A stretch of DNA of 64,000 nt from a bacterium. Lineage in GTDB: Bacteria; SM23-31. The stretch lies in NCBI GenBank assembly GCA_965249485.1, contig OZ252239.1, forward strand, positions 1,792,001 through 1,856,000, written 5' to 3'. Position 1 is the first letter of the stretch. The number at the start of each line of letters is the position of its first letter. The translations under genes and the position numbers were made by a program. The notes below the pieces were generated by a model. That model saw only the letters and a list, made by a program, of their open reading frames with translations. It had not been told where the DNA came from and ran no database searches. Below, piece by piece: positions 52,974 to 63,943 of the stretch.

Positions 52974-53927
52974 TCATTGCAGTCCGAGAAACCTCGCTGG
53001 ATTGATCTTACACATTTCATCAATTTCCGTCTTCGTAAAGCCCTGCTGACCGAGTTTCATGATAAATGAAATCATACCATCCGTAGGTAAGGGATTCAAA
53101 CTCTGACCAAGATCGCTGGAGATGATCGCATTGGCTGTCCCGACGGCACGGATGAACGAAACCATAGTCTCTATCGGATATCCTCCATCCGGCCTGGCTC
53201 TCCCCACGTCGGCAGGCATTAACGGATTGTAAATGTACTCTAGGTATGCACCTAAACGTGCGGCTTCAACCTGTTGCTCCTTCGTCATTCCCACTTCTGG
53301 TTCCAACGGATGTGTTACGATAATGCGGTCAATACCTATTGACTTTGCCTCACGAATCAGCAGCAGTGATTCTTCAGGACTGGAGTGACCTGTCGCAAGA
53401 GCCAGATTGTCACGTGCGATAATCGCCAACACTTCTTTTACTTCAGGCAAAAGCTCGCAATTGCGGCTGATGGGCACAACATTGGGATTCGGTCTCAGTG
53501 TCCTTGAATAGTGCTCTGAATCCCTTGTCGGCATCCAGACAACGCGGCCAAGACGACCCGTCATACGGGCCATATGCTCCACAGAATTGGGATTGATCCC
53601 GCCGACGGTATTATTCAATACTATACCACCGTAAGCCTCGATACCTGGGATGGCCCGGCTGACAAGATAGGCGAGCGAGGCAGTCTGGGTATAGTGGTTT
53701 TTAAATAGCAACGCACGCATGTCCAACCGCTGTGCAATTCGTGCCAGTTCGAAAGCATCCAACAATCGAGTGCGGCTGTCTGGTAAGGTATGGACATGGA
53801 TATCGATAGCGCCCTTCAGCCTGACACTGGCATCCTCCCAGTAGTTGGTCTGGGCAGACATTGTACCGAAGCTGATCAATATGAGTAATATTAAGTATAG
53901 GAATGCTAACATAAATCGCTTTTTCAT
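52974..53927 (-). CDS. Secreted TIM-barrel metallohydrolase (DUF6282-like)
   Basis: IDIHVH, FKNH, VWMPT, LATGH, VTHP, SSDLGQ. Confidence 0.75.
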   Translation of the reverse strand: MKKRFMLAFLYLILLILISFGTMSAQTNYWEDASVRLKGAIDIHVHTLPDSRTRLLDAFELARIAQRLDMRALLFKNHYTQTASLAYLVSRAIPGIEAYGGIVLNNTVGGINPNSVEHMARMTGRLGRVVWMPTRDSEHYSRTLRPNPNVVPISRNCELLPEVKEVLAIIARDNLALATGHSSPEESLLLIREAKSIGIDRIIVTHPLEPEVGMTKEQQVEAARLGAYLEYIYNPLMPADVGRARPDGGYPIETMVSFIRAVGTANAIISSDLGQSLNPLPTDGMISFIMKLGQQGFTKTEIDEMCKINPARFLGLQ

Positions 53928-54094
53928 TATTGTATCCTCTCGATTTAAAATGATATTATCTATATCAATTCTCTAAAAGAAAATAAATTGGGTTTGCGTC
54001 GAAAAATGAGGCTTTTTTGAGATGTAATATACTTATTCAGAGCGTAAAGGTAACCTAGATATATTTAATATAAATGGTAAGATATACATGTGGC

Positions 54095-54131
54095 TTTTAC
54101 AAGTATTATCTATTCCTAGACCTATACGATT
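54095..54131 (+). repeat. Truncated cassette repeat (ends at TACGATT)
   Basis: TTTTACAAGTATTATCTATTCCTAGACCTATACGATT. Confidence 0.78.
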
Positions 54132-54134
54132 ACT

Positions 54135-54290
54135 TAACAAATAATCACCGTCTAATTTTTCCTAAAATTTTTCAGATGTTTTCATGAGGGGTTATACATG
54201 TGATGTGTGGTTTCGGGGATGAAATGGTACAGTGTGAAATCACACCTTGATCAATCTCTACTCATTAGGATCATATGATTTGATACTCTG
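54135..54290. repeat. Non-coding module C, copy 3
   Basis: Aligns with 11771-11918 and 50113-50250. Confidence 0.7.
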
Positions 54291-54308
54291 CAGGCTGGAC
54301 TTTTTGTG

Positions 54309-54334
54309 GGACCGTGTGTGACGTTTTGCGAACC
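54309..54334 (+). repeat. Variant cassette core
   Basis: GGACCGTGTGTGACGTTTTGCGAACC. Confidence 0.8.
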
Positions 54335-54610
54335 TTTAAAGTGGAATTAATATGCAGTATTTGAAGAAAGTAAAAATGAATGAAGCACCTTCCCGAGATT
54401 ATATAATTTGTAAACTGTTTGATTATAACGAGTTTTTTAAAAAATAGTAACTATTTTAACTCATTGAGGATTCGATAGAATGTAAGATATGAAAATTTTA
54501 TTGATATGCAAACCGAGTTCGAAAAAGACAATTATGAAGGAAATTGTGTCCAATATGTTCTGACGACTTACAGTGTAGGGGTTCAGGTCAGGAGAGTGTA
54601 AAAGTTTAAA

Positions 54611-55900
54611 TCAAATACATTCTCTGACAGCCATTGCTACCTGGTTGTGGACTTCAAGAGATAGAGGGTCTGGAACTAACTGGCCACTTGGGGCTTGTTC
54701 GTGTATGGCCTGCGCCGCCGCTATAAGCATTTTGTGTGTAAATCGTTTTGCACCACCATCAAGTGCCCCCTTGAATAATCCTGGAAAACCAAGCACGTTA
54801 TTAACACTCTTGCCATCAGCAGCAAAACTGGCGCCTCGTTCAAGTGCTACTTCGGGTTCGATCTCGGGTTCTGGATTAGTCAATGCCAATATGAGCTGCC
54901 CTTGCTTCACCCACTCAGGTTTAATCAAGCCCTTTACACCTGTTGTTGCAATAACAATATCAGACTTTTCCATAAGGCTTTCCAAGTTTTCGGCCCGGTG
55001 CCCACCATGCAATTCAAATCTTGTTAATGCGTCTTTATTAAGGTCAGCACCAAGTATCTCTTTCACGCCGTATGAAATCAAAAGGCGGGATATACCGATG
55101 CCAGCGGCACCCAAACCGATCTGGCCAACAACAGATTCTTTGAGAGATTTCTCCACGGATTTAGCTGCACTTAAGAGCGCTGCCAAAGCGACAACTGCAG
55201 TTCCATGTTGATCATCGTGTAGAACAGGAATACGGAGTCTCTCGATCAATCTCTCCTCGATCTCAAAACATTCAGGGGCTCCTATGTCCTCTAGCTGAAT
55301 ATCGCCAAAACCTGGTGCGATCGAGACGATAGATTCAATTATCTTTTCAGGTATTTTTTCATTAAGAAGAATTGGAACGCCTGACAGGCCAACCAGGCGA
55401 TTAAAGAGTGCGGCTTTTCCTTCCATGACTGGTATCCCGGCCACCGGCCCGATATCGCCCAGGCCCAAAATGGCTGTCCCATTTGTGACTATTGCTACCG
55501 TTGTGCCGATGCCCGTGTACTTGTCAGCGAGTTCTGGATTTCTTTGTATCGCAAGACAAACTCTTGCCACACCCGGTGTGTAAACATCTCTTAACTCTTC
55601 CTGAGATTCTATCGGAATCCTTGATTTCATTTCAATCTTGCCACCTTTATGGCGGCTGAAGACTCTATCAGATTTGCCAATGATATTGACATAATCGAGA
55701 CTTTCGATATTCGATAGCACGTCATCAATTCTTCTTTCATCGATTTCTACTGTAATCTCCCATAGAGTTTTCTTTTGAAATTTTGATATCGTTTGCATTC
55801 CTGCTATTTCGAGTTCCAGTATGGCAAACTGTTCAAGGAGCTGCGATAGATTCCTGGCTGAATTATCAATTTCTATTCTAAATACTTCAGGGATTTTCAT
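54611..55900 (-). CDS. Malic enzyme with N-terminal ACT-like domain
   Basis: YTPGVA, TNGTAILGLG, MEGKA, QLEDI, HDDQHGT, GLGAAG, NNVLGFPG. Confidence 0.92.
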   Translation of the reverse strand: MKIPEVFRIEIDNSARNLSQLLEQFAILELEIAGMQTISKFQKKTLWEITVEIDERRIDDVLSNIESLDYVNIIGKSDRVFSRHKGGKIEMKSRIPIESQEELRDVYTPGVARVCLAIQRNPELADKYTGIGTTVAIVTNGTAILGLGDIGPVAGIPVMEGKAALFNRLVGLSGVPILLNEKIPEKIIESIVSIAPGFGDIQLEDIGAPECFEIEERLIERLRIPVLHDDQHGTAVVALAALLSAAKSVEKSLKESVVGQIGLGAAGIGISRLLISYGVKEILGADLNKDALTRFELHGGHRAENLESLMEKSDIVIATTGVKGLIKPEWVKQGQLILALTNPEPEIEPEVALERGASFAADGKSVNNVLGFPGLFKGALDGGAKRFTHKMLIAAAQAIHEQAPSGQLVPDPLSLEVHNQVAMAVRECI

Positions 55901-56363
55901 GTAGATCTCTCCAATAGGTTAGTGTTTAGAGCATTTAGCCTGCGAAATCAATAACGAGTTCAATCATAATAGATGTACCGGGTAAAATTAGCCAGCTGAT
56001 CCAAAACAGAATTTTTGAAACGAGAGGTCCGTTTGGGTATTTACCAGTCCAAACCATTCACGTCATAGGTCGCCACTGCAAGTACATGAGAACCAATACT
56101 ACCTTTCGGTAAGCAGCACGTATGTGCTCGACCGCAAAAAGACTGAGCAGTAGGGCATTAATTATCAATAATGCGCACAGTTCCCCTTCCATAATCGACC
56201 GGCTTAACTTAAGGCAGGCTATTATTACTATTTGTGATTTTTGCTGGCGCTCAATCTACTTTGTGCAGTGTCAAGGACATGAGTTTAAAAGAAAATATGT
56301 GTTGATTATAGTATTTAATTCTGTATTTTTCAATTGTCTTAAATTGAGGAATGCTTAACTTCT

Positions 56364-57140
56364 TTATTTATGTGCCGCGGCCATTTTCGCTGCATTAAGG
56401 ATTTCACGAGAATAATGTTGTAATATTTTTGTATCATTTAAGGGGGTAATAATATTTGCACCAAATTCTATGAATTTTTCATTCAGCCCTTCTGATTGAG
56501 TGTGGATTCCCACAAGTTTTTTTGATTCATTAGTTTTATTTATAATTTTCTGAACAATACTCTCTAAAATATTATCCCCTTTACCCGTGGGTATTTTCAA
56601 TCCCATACTTATACTCAAGTCAACTGTCCCAATATAAATTCCGTCAAGTCCTTCAACACTGAGAATATCATCGAGATCATCTACAGCCTCTTTTGTTTCT
56701 ATCATAGCAAATGTTAATAATTTATCTTTATAGGTATTCAAAAAATCAGGTTCATTATTTATATTCGCTCTGATTGGACCAAAGCTCCTATATCCATCAG
56801 GAGGATACAGGCAGGCCTGAACAAATTTTTCCGCTTCTTTCCTGTTATTTATCATTGGACAAATTATACCGTTGACTCCTGCATCAAGTGATTTCATAAT
56901 TACATCGGGTTCATTCCACGGAACCCGCACGATGGAAACTGTTTTATGATTCTTAATTGTTTGAAGCATAGTAATGAGCATTGAATAATCAATCAAACCG
57001 TGCTGCATATCAATAGTCACTATGTCATAGCCAAGATTGGCAATGATCTCGGCAGTCCAGGAACTTGGAATTGTCAGCCAGGCATTAATCAAACAATTTT
57101 TATCATTCAGTACTTCGCTGATTATTGGTTTTCTATTCAT
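56364..57140 (-). CDS. HpcH/HpaI aldolase family protein
   Basis: IDMQHG, VRVP, YPPDGYRSFGP, MIET, IGTVDLS. Confidence 0.9.
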   Translation of the reverse strand: MNRKPIISEVLNDKNCLINAWLTIPSSWTAEIIANLGYDIVTIDMQHGLIDYSMLITMLQTIKNHKTVSIVRVPWNEPDVIMKSLDAGVNGIICPMINNRKEAEKFVQACLYPPDGYRSFGPIRANINNEPDFLNTYKDKLLTFAMIETKEAVDDLDDILSVEGLDGIYIGTVDLSISMGLKIPTGKGDNILESIVQKIINKTNESKKLVGIHTQSEGLNEKFIEFGANIITPLNDTKILQHYSREILNAAKMAAAHK

Positions 57141-57341
57141 TGTAATTATAATTCTATATTTCGATTAAATGATTTCCACAACCGCGCCCTTTAATGTATT
57201 TGCTTCGCTCGTTAGTGTAAAAATATCTACTCCTATTATTCCCCATATCAGATCTTTGAAAGAGTTTGATATCGAATTCGTTGAAATATATTTGAAATTT
57301 AATAAAATATCCTTCATATTACAAACATAAAAGTTTTGGGC

Positions 57342-57367
57342 GGACCGTACGTGACGTTTTGCGAACC
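57342..57367 (+). repeat. Variant cassette core
   Basis: GGACCGTACGTGACGTTTTGCGAACC. Confidence 0.8.
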
Positions 57368-57460
57368 TTTAAGAGAAAACCTAAATCTGTCCAAATGTTT
57401 CTGAATCAACACCTTAATGACTAACGTAAAATATAGTCCAAATATTAGGATCGGGTCAAC

Positions 57461-58291
57461 TTAATAAAGAGAATCAAGTTCATGCATTATTTTATCAGAT
57501 AATTCTATGTTAGCCGATTTCATATTTTCTTCAAGATGGTTTTTGTTCCTGGTTCCCGGTATTGGTATTGCAGTTGGCCACTTTGTTATTATCCATGTTA
57601 AAGCAGCTTGACTTGGTGTTATCCCAATTTTCTCAGAGATCGCTATAAGTTTAGGATTTCTTATTAGTTTTCCAGTTCCTAATGGAAAGTAGGGAAGGTA
57701 TGCAATATGGTTGTCAGTGAGATAGGGTAGAAGGTATTGTTCATCTTCCTTATGAGACAAATTATAATGATTCTGTACACTCACAATCGCAACTATTTTT
57801 TGTGCTTCCTGTAGTTGTTGTACATTGACATTGCTTAAACCAATGTGCTGCACTAATCCACTATCTTTTAATTCTTTTAATGCTTGAATACTATCTTGAA
57901 AACGGACTCTATGATCAGGATGGTGAAGTTGATAGAGCTCAATACTATTAACACCTAATCTTTTAAGGCTCTCCTTTATTCCTTCTTTGATATGAATTGG
58001 TCTTCCGTCATTACCCCACCCTCCGCCAGGACGGGTACGTCCAACTTTTGTAGCGATAAGAATTTCTTTTTTCTCGTGAGCTGTTAGTGCTCCTATCTGC
58101 TTTTCATTTCTTCCATACCCATAAACATCTGCAGTGTCTACAAGCTTTACGCCTATTCTAATAGCAAATTTAAGTAAATCAATTGAATCTTTGTCACTCG
58201 GCTTAGGATCATACTCAACAAGAGCCATTGTACCGAGACCAATAACTCCTACATTCCTGCCTGCAATAGTACGATTTTTCATTGTATCCAA
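57461..58291 (-). CDS. Aldo/keto reductase
   Basis: GLGTM, DTADVYG, ATK, LYQLH, IGLSN, PIPGT. Confidence 0.92.
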   Translation of the reverse strand: MDTMKNRTIAGRNVGVIGLGTMALVEYDPKPSDKDSIDLLKFAIRIGVKLVDTADVYGYGRNEKQIGALTAHEKKEILIATKVGRTRPGGGWGNDGRPIHIKEGIKESLKRLGVNSIELYQLHHPDHRVRFQDSIQALKELKDSGLVQHIGLSNVNVQQLQEAQKIVAIVSVQNHYNLSHKEDEQYLLPYLTDNHIAYLPYFPLGTGKLIRNPKLIAISEKIGITPSQAALTWIITKWPTAIPIPGTRNKNHLEENMKSANIELSDKIMHELDSLY

Positions 58292-58470
58292 TTTTTACAT
58301 GATACTTCAATAGTAATATCTTGTTTTGGAGTTATTTTAACCGATTTGTATGAAGTTCCTTTTATCTCATTTACAGAACGATGAGCATTATCACAATATG
58401 GAAGAGTATTACTTTCACCACAAGAACAAAACTTATATTTTTTGTTTGCTTTTAATGTAATTTCAGTCAT
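58279..58470 (-). CDS. CDGSH iron-sulfur domain protein
   Basis: CSCGESNTLPYCDNAH; start MTEITL. Confidence 0.8.
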   Translation of the reverse strand: MTEITLKANKKYKFCSCGESNTLPYCDNAHRSVNEIKGTSYKSVKITPKQDITIEVSCKNWIQ

Positions 58471-58549
58471 TACTATATTTTCCGAATTAATAGATATAAT
58501 AATTAAAAGAGGGTGTTTCCTACACACCGGCCTTTTTAATAGACAGAAA

Positions 58550-60361
58550 CTATTTGAAAGGTTTCTCCTTGATTCCAAGATAATGCGCAGTGTTGGCATC
58601 AGGGTCGATTCTTGTTTTTATTCTTCCCGGTAATGCACTTAGAATTGGATTTACGCCAGGACCGTGTCCTGAAACGTTACTCCACCCGTGGATGACAACT
58701 CCGACGGTTACAGCTCCTTCGTATCGACCGCGTCCGTAGTAGTCGTAATGGTCCGTAATTGCCACGAGGTCTCCGAACCTGAGTGTTTTCAAATTGTATT
58801 CCTCAACAATTTCAGGAGAGGTTGTCTGAATATCGTAATCACCGTTTTCTACGATGAATTGATTCATTCCCAATCCTGAGCCCATTATATACCCGGGAAT
58901 CTTCATTACAACCGGAACTACAAGCTGATCATCTTCTATTATTATGTCCAGGTTCTCCAGCAATTCAGGAGAAATCTTGTTTACTTTCACATCTTCGAAA
59001 TTATCAATCTTTAGACCAACACCCCGGGCTTTAACCTGAATTTTATCATCCAAAGCAAGTTTATCAAGGACATCCTTCGGGAACCAGAGAATACTGCTCC
59101 CATGCTTGCCGATGAAGATTCCTTTCGCTCCTTTAGCTTCGCCGGAGATGACGTTCGCTTCGTTACCAATACACCCGAGAATACCAAATGCTGATCCATC
59201 AGGATTCCTGGTGGAAACATCAGGCTCAACATGGTCTGTGTTCGCCCAACCGTACGCTAAATCTCCGACCGAAACAGTATAGTTGATCGAGCCCATGCCT
59301 ATGTTAGGCCATGGTTTACCGTCGTATGTTGTCGAATACCCTATGCTTTCCATGCTTTTTGCAGAGTTCACGGCATCTTGAACAGCAATCGTGAGGAGCT
59401 TGTCTTTATTCGTCTTGAGTACTGATGCTTCTTCAGGGTAATTAGATGTTTCCTTCCTTATACCGAGATACTTACCGATATTTGCTGTTGGATCAATACG
59501 TGAGGTTAACACGCCAAACCTTGTGGATAGAATTGGTGTTACGCCAAAACCCATACCTGAAAGGTCGCTGGGTCCGCTGCTGACAACCCCTATTGTGGCT
59601 CCTCCTTTATAGTATCCCTTGCCGTAATCAGTCTGGATATCGTTCATAATAACAATATCCCCGAAACGCAGCTCATCCAAACCATATTTTTTAATATCCG
59701 GCGGAAAACAGGTCTGGATATACCAGTGACCGGAACGGCTTTTACGACCTGCGCCCTGACCAACAATCTCAGCCGGTATCTCTTTAACTACCGATACTTC
59801 AAGCTTGCCGTCCGTATTTCTAATTTCAAGCTTTTCTAATAACTCCGGAGAGATATTGTGAGCAAATACATCGTTAAATCCTTCTAATGCAAGACCGATT
59901 CCACGTGCCTTCGCCTGAAGAGTAGTGCCGATGGTAAGCTTCTCAACTACATCGTCTTCGAAATGAACAAGCACATAATTTTCAAACTTTCCTATAATAA
60001 CGCCTTTCTCTCCCTTGGCATCGCCTCCCAAGACTCTCACTTCGTTACCTATTGAAGTATAATTGGTCCAGGAATCTTCGGTCCCTACTGTTGCAACACC
60101 CACAGTTGCCCTGTCACTGCTTGCCCATCCGAAGATTTTTTCACCAATTTTTAAATTGTAGTTGATACCGCCAATTCCGATGGCCAATTTGGATTTTCCA
60201 TCCCACGTTGTGATATATGACCACGGAACCTGAGCCGGCGCAATCTGACCTTGAACTGCAATCGTAAGAAGCTTGTCTTTATTCGTCTTTACCTGTCCCG
60301 CAGCATTTACAGTAAAAATTGAAAATAGAAACAAAGTAAGAAATGAAATAATCCTTTTCAT
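58550..60361 (-). CDS. Secreted protein with two tandem DUF4438-like domains
   Basis: KTNKDKLLTIAVQ occurs twice, as do GINY/GSINY, LRFGD and RIDP.AN..YLGI. Confidence 0.75.
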   Translation of the reverse strand: MKRIISFLTLFLFSIFTVNAAGQVKTNKDKLLTIAVQGQIAPAQVPWSYITTWDGKSKLAIGIGGINYNLKIGEKIFGWASSDRATVGVATVGTEDSWTNYTSIGNEVRVLGGDAKGEKGVIIGKFENYVLVHFEDDVVEKLTIGTTLQAKARGIGLALEGFNDVFAHNISPELLEKLEIRNTDGKLEVSVVKEIPAEIVGQGAGRKSRSGHWYIQTCFPPDIKKYGLDELRFGDIVIMNDIQTDYGKGYYKGGATIGVVSSGPSDLSGMGFGVTPILSTRFGVLTSRIDPTANIGKYLGIRKETSNYPEEASVLKTNKDKLLTIAVQDAVNSAKSMESIGYSTTYDGKPWPNIGMGSINYTVSVGDLAYGWANTDHVEPDVSTRNPDGSAFGILGCIGNEANVISGEAKGAKGIFIGKHGSSILWFPKDVLDKLALDDKIQVKARGVGLKIDNFEDVKVNKISPELLENLDIIIEDDQLVVPVVMKIPGYIMGSGLGMNQFIVENGDYDIQTTSPEIVEEYNLKTLRFGDLVAITDHYDYYGRGRYEGAVTVGVVIHGWSNVSGHGPGVNPILSALPGRIKTRIDPDANTAHYLGIKEKPFK

Positions 60362-60583
60362 AAAGAAATCCTCCCCGTTTACATTTTAGTTAGCTCTTCT
60401 GAATGGTTGAATCATTGAGAGTATAATGATAACGATTTAACCGATCTTCCACATATCAATACTCAACAAGAGATTAATTGGGATTGTGCTGATATGTGAT
60501 TCTTATTTAGATGTGGTGTACCTGGTCAGGGCGTATTGGATACTTTGATATGTTTGATATAAATGGTAAGATATACATGTGGC

Positions 60584-60628
60584 TTTTACAAGTATTTTCT
60601 GCTCCTCGGGCTATACGATGTGCGAACC
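60584..60628 (+). repeat. Cassette repeat copy
   Basis: TTTTACAAGTATTTTCTGCTCCTCGGGCTATACGATGTGCGAACC. Confidence 0.92.
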
Positions 60629-61015
60629 CTTAATGTATGCTTTATAATGTACCTATCCGGGTACTGAACCGCAGGAATTTTCCGCCGGAGAGCTACCCAG
60701 AGCTTTACCGTTTCATCCCCACTTCTTTACCATGATTTCAGCCTGCTCTTTTTCGGTGTCCAATAACCGGTACAAAGCGCATCCCCTTTCATGCTTACAT
60801 GACCGGTTATATAATGAAACGTATTACATCCAATCACTCCAACTTGTTCCGAACCTCTGCAGAGTGTTTAAATTTCATAACGATACATGAATTGAACAGT
60901 TTCAAAATTATGAGTAACAATAGTTCTAATTATACGTGAAGAGGCTTCATAATGTGAGTAAAGATTCCTCAAATCGTGTCGATACCTATAGGTATTTATA
61001 AATGTAAGGATACCT

Positions 61016-63685
61016 ATGCACATAATGCGACAGCTTAATACTAGTCATATATCTGCTTTATTAAAATTTTTATATATTCCATCACTGATCATAGCGTTTG
61101 CACTGGTAAACCCGTACCAGGCTGGTGCCCAGGTTCTTACCTTTGTCGATACAGTATTTGACAACGCGAATGGTGTGGACGGACTGAATCAAGCCCGGGG
61201 TGTTTTTGTCAGCCCTGATGGTGCACATGTCTACGTGGCAGGTAATGCTGATGATGCTCTTGCGGTTTTCAGCCGTAACAGCAGTACCGGTGGTCTCACG
61301 TTTGTTGAGTTTCAACAAGACGGCATGAATGGTGTGGATGGCCTTAAAGGGGCACATCAACCAACGGTAAGTCCGGGTGGGAATTATGTTTTCGTTGCAG
61401 CTTTTGACGGGGACGCTTTTGCCGTTTTCAGCCGTAACAAAAGTACCGGCGCTCTCACGTTTACCGAAGTGTTTAAAGATGGCGTCAACGGCGTAGATGG
61501 TCTGAATGGAGCTGCTCGTATCGCTATAAGTCCGAATGGGGCTCACGTGTACGTTACAGGTATACATGATGATGCCGTGGCAGTGTTTAGTTCATCGGAA
61601 ATTGTCGTGAACCTCAGCCGAATTGAAACACAGAGTATCATTCCCGGAAAAACATTATCATTTCAATTAAATGCAACCTTGACAAACTAATGAAAGTACG
61701 ATCATTTATTCCGGCTCCGACTTACCTGAAGGGGCTGAAGTAGAAGCACTATCCGGTGAGTTTACCTGGGAACCGACACCATCAGACGTAGGAACACACA
61801 CCGTAACCTTGACTGCAAAGGCTGCCGGACTTACCGATTCTGAAACAATTGCAATTACCGTCGATCTTTATGACGTTTTCATAGATCTTGTGAAGCCCGA
61901 CACCGTAGTCGTAATTGCTGCTGACGGAGCAATAGTTACCGTCGATACGGGGGAGTCTATACAAAAACTAATGCTGTTATATTCCCCGGTTCATTGCCTG
62001 GTGATCAAACTGTAATCATTAAATCTCCTGACGCAGCAGATATATCCGCGGACGAGATTAACAAGGTTCCATCCGCTACAGATTTTGTCGTCGTAGGCTC
62101 GGAATCCGGATTCACCTTCGATGATGATATTAATGTAATCATTGAATACAAAGACTATGAAATAGAAAATGAAGAAACAAATATGCGGGTACATGTCTGG
62201 GATACACTATTGGAGATCTGGAAACGTGTCAGAGGAATTCAAATAGTCAATATCGTGGACAATACGGTAACCGTCGTTACCGACCATTTTTCAATATTCG
62301 GCGCATTGGAGATCAATGAATCGGCAGATGAAACAGAGATATCGATCGGCTGGAATATGGTCAGTATACCTCTTGACCCGGACGACATCGATGATCCGCG
62401 CGATATTTTTGCAGACGACATTAAGTCGTTCAAGTTTGAAGAGAAGAATTCAAGCATTTATGAATACACTGAATCGACAGACTCATGGACGGTACCATCT
62501 GCTATCGAGAACGGTACCGGCTATATTCTTTATGGATTCAAAAGCGGTGATGTTGGGGTTGACGGTTTTAAAGAGACGGGAGATATATCACATTCTCTGA
62601 GTTTGACAAACAGCAACGGTTGGCATCTGCTCGGTAATCCGTATAGCGTTGCTATCGATTGGGACAGTGACATGACACTCGGTGGTGGCATCAGCACTAC
62701 CTACTACCGGTGGACCGGTACGGAATACAAATTTTATCCCGGGGGCGGCCTTACCGCTGCCATAGCACCATGGGAAGGGTTCTTTGTCAATACGTCAGTG
62801 GACGCGGAATCGTTTGACATTACCTATCCCGGCGTAAGTAAACGGTCGAACGATGACGAAACTATCCTGGACTGGCGAATCAGGTTCATTGCCAAGAGTG
62901 GTGACGTAGAAGACAGCCAGACCTATATCGGTATTTCCGATTTAGCCAATGCTGAGTACGATGAATTCGATAACTATGAGCTTGCATCTTTAAACGATGA
63001 ATTCGTATCGGTCTATTTTCCCCATACAGCATGGAGTCTCCGTCCGGGTAATTACACACAGGACATTCGTGTCATGCAGGGTAGTTCTCTAGAATGGACA
63101 ATGGCTGTTGCCGCACGGTCAACCACCGGAGCTGTTACACTGAACTGGACTCTGCCCGATGCAATAGATTCAGACTTCGATATAGTCTTAAATAACAACC
63201 GGACACAGGAAGCCATCGATATGCGTGAGCGGATCTCGTATACCTTCACGATACCCGTTGTGTCACAAAAGAGTTCGTCTGAGAAGCGTGCTCTCAGCCC
63301 TGACCCGATAGATATGACTCCGAAACTGAGTCAGGACGGCACGCATATTGAGTACTTTACAATAACACTCAGTACAGCAACAGACCAGGAATCAGCACTC
63401 ATTCCAACAACATACTATCTCAACCAGAACTATCCGAATCCGTTTAACCCTTCGACTACAATTGAATACGGACTTCCCGAATCGGGCCAGGTGGAACTGA
63501 CGATATTCAACGCACTCGGCCAAAAGGTAATGACGTTGGTCAACAAGGACCAGCAGGCGGGGATTCACCGTGTCGTATGGAATGGAACGAATGACCGGGG
63601 TATTCGTGTAGCGTCCGGGATGTATTTATACCGGATCAAGGCGAATGGAACGACGAATATAAAGCGTTTACTCCTTATAAAATAG
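61016..63685 (+). pseudogene. Large secreted protein: lactonase-type propeller repeats, Ig-like domain, FlgD/T9SS-like C-terminal domain; frameshifts near 61685 and 61950
   Basis: Three GVDGL..SP.G.HVYV repeats; intervening frame DLPEGA..GEFTWEPT; GWNMVSIP, GWHLLGNPY, QNYPNPFNP. Confidence 0.78.
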
Positions 63686-63697
63686 GAACGATCAATA

Positions 63698-63892
63698 ATG
63701 AAGAACTCTCTATACATAGTACTCACTATGACACTTCTGGGAGCACTCGCTCTCATTACAGGTTCAATAGATTCAGTGTTCGCCCAGCCCCCCGCTCCAC
63801 CGGCTGCTCCTTCGGCACCGATCCCCTGGGGTGATCCGTTCATCTATACCGCTATAATCTTTGGGTACGGCTTATACAAATTAAGAAAATAA
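63698..63892 (+). CDS. Small PID-CTERM-like peptide
   Basis: Signal peptide, Pro-rich linker, PIPWG, TM segment, GYGLYKLRK tail. Confidence 0.6.
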   Translation: MKNSLYIVLTMTLLGALALITGSIDSVFAQPPAPPAAPSAPIPWGDPFIYTAIIFGYGLYKLRK

Positions 63893-63943
63893 CACACGTA
63901 AACCCTTCTCTTCATGTACTACCACATTTCTCAATGAACAATT

